From NCBI GenBank assembly GCA_016929855.1, contig JAFGHY010000092.1, positions 1-46,888 of the forward strand: 46,888 nt of DNA, read 5' to 3'. Each line of letters opens with the position of its first letter. The stretch's first letter is position 1. The stretch comes from Candidatus Woesearchaeota archaeon. GTDB lineage: Archaea; Nanobdellota; Nanobdellia; Woesearchaeales; JAHJEM01. Shown here piece after piece: positions 44,079 through 46,888 of the stretch. A model generated the notes under the pieces. The model did not search any database. It was not told the origin of the DNA and saw nothing but the letters and a program-made list of their open reading frames with translations. The position numbers and the translations under genes are program-made.

Positions 44079-46313
44079 TCATCGTTCTTTTCTGAAAAAA
44101 TCATATAAGCTCTTTGCAGTCTTCTCACCAATAAGACCAACCTTCTGCAATTCAGCAACGTCAGCATTGATAATCTTCCTTATTGACCTAAACTCATCAA
44201 GTAGCTTTTCAGCAGTCAAAGCGCCCACAAACGGGAAAGAACTCACAGTCTTCAACTGCTGGTCGAACATGCCTTGTGGTTTGACAAGACGCGGGTGCAT
44301 TGACTTTCCTCCAGTATCCTGCTCCCTCTTCACCAACAGCATCAGAAACTCTGCAGTCTCTTGAGAATCCTTGGAAAAAATGATTGGAATACGATAATCA
44401 AGAGCTATGGAAGCTAGTAACCCTCTGATTGCATTAGGGTGGACGTTCCTCTGAGAAAAAACATCACCACGACCTTCAATAACAATAATAGGCTTAGGGT
44501 ACTTCTTCAACATAGTAAGCTGAGAAAATAACCTCTTGTCCAGCAGGCTATCCACAAAATCCTTCGCTGTTTTCAACTCAACACAACACTCATCAGAGAT
44601 AAGATAATCGCCCACCTCCAAGTGAGATGGCTCAATCTTAAGCTCTTCGTGCTGTTGAAGGAATCTTGCGGCGCCAGCTGATTTCTCCCGAAAATCAATC
44701 TTGATAGAAAACCTATGATTCTCCGGCTTGAATCCTTCAAGAGTCTTTTGACCTTTATCAGACACACAAGATTTGCCTGAACCAGCATGACCAGTTACAT
44801 TCAAATCGTTAAACACCTGCTTACTCTGAAAACTCTTCAACAAACTAATCATCCTTTTTTCCTTATGATGCGAAGACCATTTATAGCTCTCGTCCCTAGT
44901 GCCTTTTGCAATGAGCACAAAAACTTTTCCAGCATCCTGTCTTCCAGTTCTTCCTCTTCTCTGCACAGTTCTTATGGCTGAAGGTATTGCCTCGTAGAAA
45001 ACAACAACATCAACAGAAGGGATATCCAAGCCCTCTTCAGCCACACTTGTCGCGATAAGGCAATTGAATTCATTATTTCTAAATCTTTCAAGGATTTCCT
45101 GCTGTGCCTTTTGAGACATGCTCTTACCTTTCTTTTTTGTCTGACCAATAAAAAGAGAATTGCTGATTCCAATATTCTCACACAAAGACACAATCTCATC
45201 CGCCTGATCTCTAAACTGCGTGAAAATAATTATCTTGGCATACGTTTTCCTGCTAATTTCCTCCTTCAACAACTTCTCCAAAGCCCCGATTTTCGGGTGA
45301 AAAAATTTCTTTGACATCAAAACATCACAATGGTGCTTTGTTGCCTTGAAAGAAGGATCTGAAGCGAGAGCTTTCACTGCCTTGACAGAAGTAGCCTCTG
45401 CCTGCCGAAATATCTTTGTCAGATATTCATTCAACGCATGAACCCCTTGGGTCTCGATAAGCTCGAGAGCGTGTTGAACCTTTATCGCCTGAGCAACCAT
45501 ACTCAAGGCACGTAGCATCTGAAAGTCCTTGTGGCCCCGCACTAGCTGCTGCTGCAAAGACCTCTGAAGTTCCAGCAACCCCTTCTTGCCGAAGTTAAGT
45601 CCATTCCTCTCAATATCTACCCCAAGAGCATTTAATTCAGAAATCTTGGATTTGAAAGTGTCATCAAGCAATTTCCTTATTCTCTTCAGTTCATCAGGCA
45701 ATTCAACCTCAAGCCAATTCACAGTTGTCTCATTAATATACTGCTTTACATCAGAATCCTCATCAGTCCTGACTTCAATGCGTTCAATGTGCAAGTTCTT
45801 GCACACCCCCTCAATATCCTCTTTCTTCGAACCAGGGCTCGCTGTCAAAGCCAATATCCTTCCGTGGACTGACTGTCTAACATACTCTTCAGCCAAGAAA
45901 ACATAGGCATAACTGCCTGTAGCCCTGTGCGCTTCATCAAAAACAACCAAGGAAACATCTTTAAGGCTGATTTTTTTGCTAAGAACATCATTCTCAAACC
46001 CCTGCGGTGTAGAAAAAATAAGATTGTTCTCCTTGAAAAGCATCTGCCTCTTTTGCGAGGATAAGGTGCCAGTGAATACGACAGAACCAAAACCTTCTTT
46101 GTCAAAGGTCTTCTTGTGCTGTTCAACTAAAGGCTTAGTTGGCGCAAAAATAATCGCCTTGGATTCTGGATAAATTTCGAGGCGATGCTTGACTAACATT
46201 ATTGATATGGCTGTTTTTCCCAGGCCGGTCGGCAAAACCACTAAAGTATTGAACAATGCAGCAGTATCCAATATTTTTTCCTGATATAATCTGGGTTTGA
46301 ATGTAAAGACCAT
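44079..46313 (-). CDS. hef: Hef: SF2 helicase fused to an XPF/ERCC4 nuclease and an HhH domain
   Basis: Walker A motif VLPTGLGKT, DEAH box (VVFDEAHRA), and motif VI QRRGRTGR. The C-terminal ERCC4 core is IKIDFREK...VGDYLISDECCVELKTAKDFVDSL, and the terminal HhH region is VGALTAEKLLDEF. ATG at 46313 (the tracked ORF opens at a TTG at 46319). Confidence 0.88.
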   Translation of the reverse strand: MVFTFKPRLYQEKILDTAALFNTLVVLPTGLGKTAISIMLVKHRLEIYPESKAIIFAPTKPLVEQHKKTFDKEGFGSVVFTGTLSSQKRQMLFKENNLIFSTPQGFENDVLSKKISLKDVSLVVFDEAHRATGSYAYVFLAEEYVRQSVHGRILALTASPGSKKEDIEGVCKNLHIERIEVRTDEDSDVKQYINETTVNWLEVELPDELKRIRKLLDDTFKSKISELNALGVDIERNGLNFGKKGLLELQRSLQQQLVRGHKDFQMLRALSMVAQAIKVQHALELIETQGVHALNEYLTKIFRQAEATSVKAVKALASDPSFKATKHHCDVLMSKKFFHPKIGALEKLLKEEISRKTYAKIIIFTQFRDQADEIVSLCENIGISNSLFIGQTKKKGKSMSQKAQQEILERFRNNEFNCLIATSVAEEGLDIPSVDVVVFYEAIPSAIRTVQRRGRTGRQDAGKVFVLIAKGTRDESYKWSSHHKEKRMISLLKSFQSKQVFNDLNVTGHAGSGKSCVSDKGQKTLEGFKPENHRFSIKIDFREKSAGAARFLQQHEELKIEPSHLEVGDYLISDECCVELKTAKDFVDSLLDKRLFSQLTMLKKYPKPIIVIEGRGDVFSQRNVHPNAIRGLLASIALDYRIPIIFSKDSQETAEFLMLLVKREQDTGGKSMHPRLVKPQGMFDQQLKTVSSFPFVGALTAEKLLDEFRSIRKIINADVAELQKVGLIGEKTAKSLYDFFRKER

Positions 46314-46331
46314 TAACAAAGTAAAGAAGCA

Positions 46332-46345
46332 GTAATTTATAAAAC
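46332..46345 (-). promoter_or_regulatory. TATA-like box for hef
   Basis: The plus strand reads gtaatttataaaac, centred about 26 nt upstream of the ATG at 46313. Confidence 0.4.
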
Positions 46346-46367
46346 ATTAGCAGGCACGTGACCAGTG

Positions 46368-46405
46368 AAAAAAAAACAAAATAAAAAATTAACAAAAAAT
46401 CAGAA
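46368..46405 (-). terminator. extended T-rich terminator after the small basic repeat protein gene
   Basis: On the minus strand the stop codon is followed by TTTTTCTGATTTTTTGTTAATTTTTTATTTTGTTTTTTTTT. Confidence 0.5.
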
Positions 46406-46408
46406 AAA

Positions 46409-46660
46409 TCATCGCTTCTTCTTTTTAGCTTTTCTTCCTCGAGCCATCTTAGCCCGGGAAATGTCTCCTTTGGTGTCAACAAAATAAAGGTAGCCATCTT
46501 CTTTTTCAACACCAACTTTAGCAACGACTTCTTTTTTGGACTTGCCTTTTTTCCTTCCGCCACGGCTCATTACAGCCCGCGAAATATTCCCTTTCTTGTC
46601 AACGAAATATAGGTAACCATATTCTTTCTTAATCCCTACTTTCTGTACTTTTTCAGCCAT
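46409..46660 (-). CDS. small basic protein built from two tandem ~38-aa repeats
   Basis: VQKVGIKKEYGYLYFVDKKGNISRAVMSRGGRKKGK aligns with VAKVGVEKEDGYLYFVDTKGDISRAKMARGRKAKKK. GGGGTGA lies 8 nt upstream of the ATG, and a TATA-like gattatataaatc sits at 46702-46714. Confidence 0.7.
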   Translation of the reverse strand: MAEKVQKVGIKKEYGYLYFVDKKGNISRAVMSRGGRKKGKSKKEVVAKVGVEKEDGYLYFVDTKGDISRAKMARGRKAKKKKR

Positions 46661-46747
46661 TAAAATTTCACCCCATAATTGATATTATTTTCTTGAATGT
46701 TGATTATATAAATCTTTTGGTTTTTAGAGGGCACTAACAGACCAAAA

Positions 46748-46888
46748 CTAGCTGAATCTAATCCTAGGAATAAGCTCCAACAAGGCAATAACATAAGCAA
46801 AAATTACATTAAAAATCATGATTATTATGAGAAAAGGCTCTTGCGGAGACAACATCAACATGCTGAGGATAAAGATTGCGGGCATGTA
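46748..46888 (-). CDS. C-terminal fragment of a hydrophobic (membrane) protein running off the window edge
   Basis: 46 open codons (..YMPAIFILSMLMLSPQEPFLIIIMIFNVIFAYVIALLELIPRIRFS) end at a TAG at 46748-46750. The start lies outside the window. Confidence 0.3.
   Translation of the reverse strand, partial: YMPAIFILSMLMLSPQEPFLIIIMIFNVIFAYVIALLELIPRIRFS

Noticed and set aside
46135-46563. 142-aa minus-strand ORF spanning the hef start and the small repeat protein gene.
   Set aside because: It overlaps two better-supported genes in other frames and runs through the T-rich terminator, translating it as FYFVFFSL.
1-46888. CRISPR arrays, IS elements or transposases, rRNA genes, inteins, and known defence or toxin-antitoxin modules.
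   Set aside because: There are no regularly spaced direct repeats and no transposase- or integrase-like ORFs. The large conserved proteins (GyrA, SecY, PheT, Hef, primase) have normal lengths with no inserted domains. No recognisable nuclease/ATPase defence gene pairs are present.

Overview
This is an archaeal chromosomal segment, about 40% GC by eye. There are no rRNA genes, CRISPR arrays or mobile elements. The gene content suggests a small-genome, DPANN-like archaeon (inference). Evidence for this: eukaryote/archaea-specific ribosomal proteins, PCNA, a single-chain PriS-PriL primase, Hef, RadB, a bacterial-type MetK and GyrA, and no adk or cmk beside secY.

Layout:
- 87-2422: PCNA and an RNase J-like beta-CASP nuclease (minus strand).
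- 2488-8868: an accessory-looking block of exported or membrane proteins. It holds a pilin-like Cys-rich protein, a multi-TM protein with a periodic-cysteine ectodomain, three tightly coupled coiled-coil proteins, and a large LTD-domain surface protein rich in N-glycosylation sequons. A tRNA-Leu(CAA) gene sits inside this block.
- 8804-24207: housekeeping genes, mostly on the plus strand (metK, NUDIX, scpB, Zn-ribbon, gyrA, radB, rps2, hydrolase, LigT, TRAM, TrmB, pheS, pheT).
- 24743-41046: the conserved archaeal rpl3-to-secY ribosomal cluster, followed by a DUF106 insertase, rpl34e and rpl14e, all on the minus strand.
- 41425-46888: a lipoprotein, the fused primase, Hef, a small basic tandem-repeat protein and a partial membrane ORF.

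The feature the ORF track misses completely is tRNA-Leu(CAA) at 5003-5222 (minus). It is split at position 37/38 by a 136-nt intron, which is longer than the 84-nt mature tRNA. The junctions fit a near-canonical bulge-helix-bulge, and the intron ends carry C-box-like and D-box-like motifs.

Other points worth a second look:
- long charged low-complexity tails on many housekeeping proteins;
- a window-wide strand asymmetry at third codon positions;
- a repeat- and hairpin-rich 378-bp spacer upstream of rpl3 with unannotated small ORFs;
- a largely leaderless promoter architecture.

All functional calls rest on motif and architecture recognition by eye. No searches were run.
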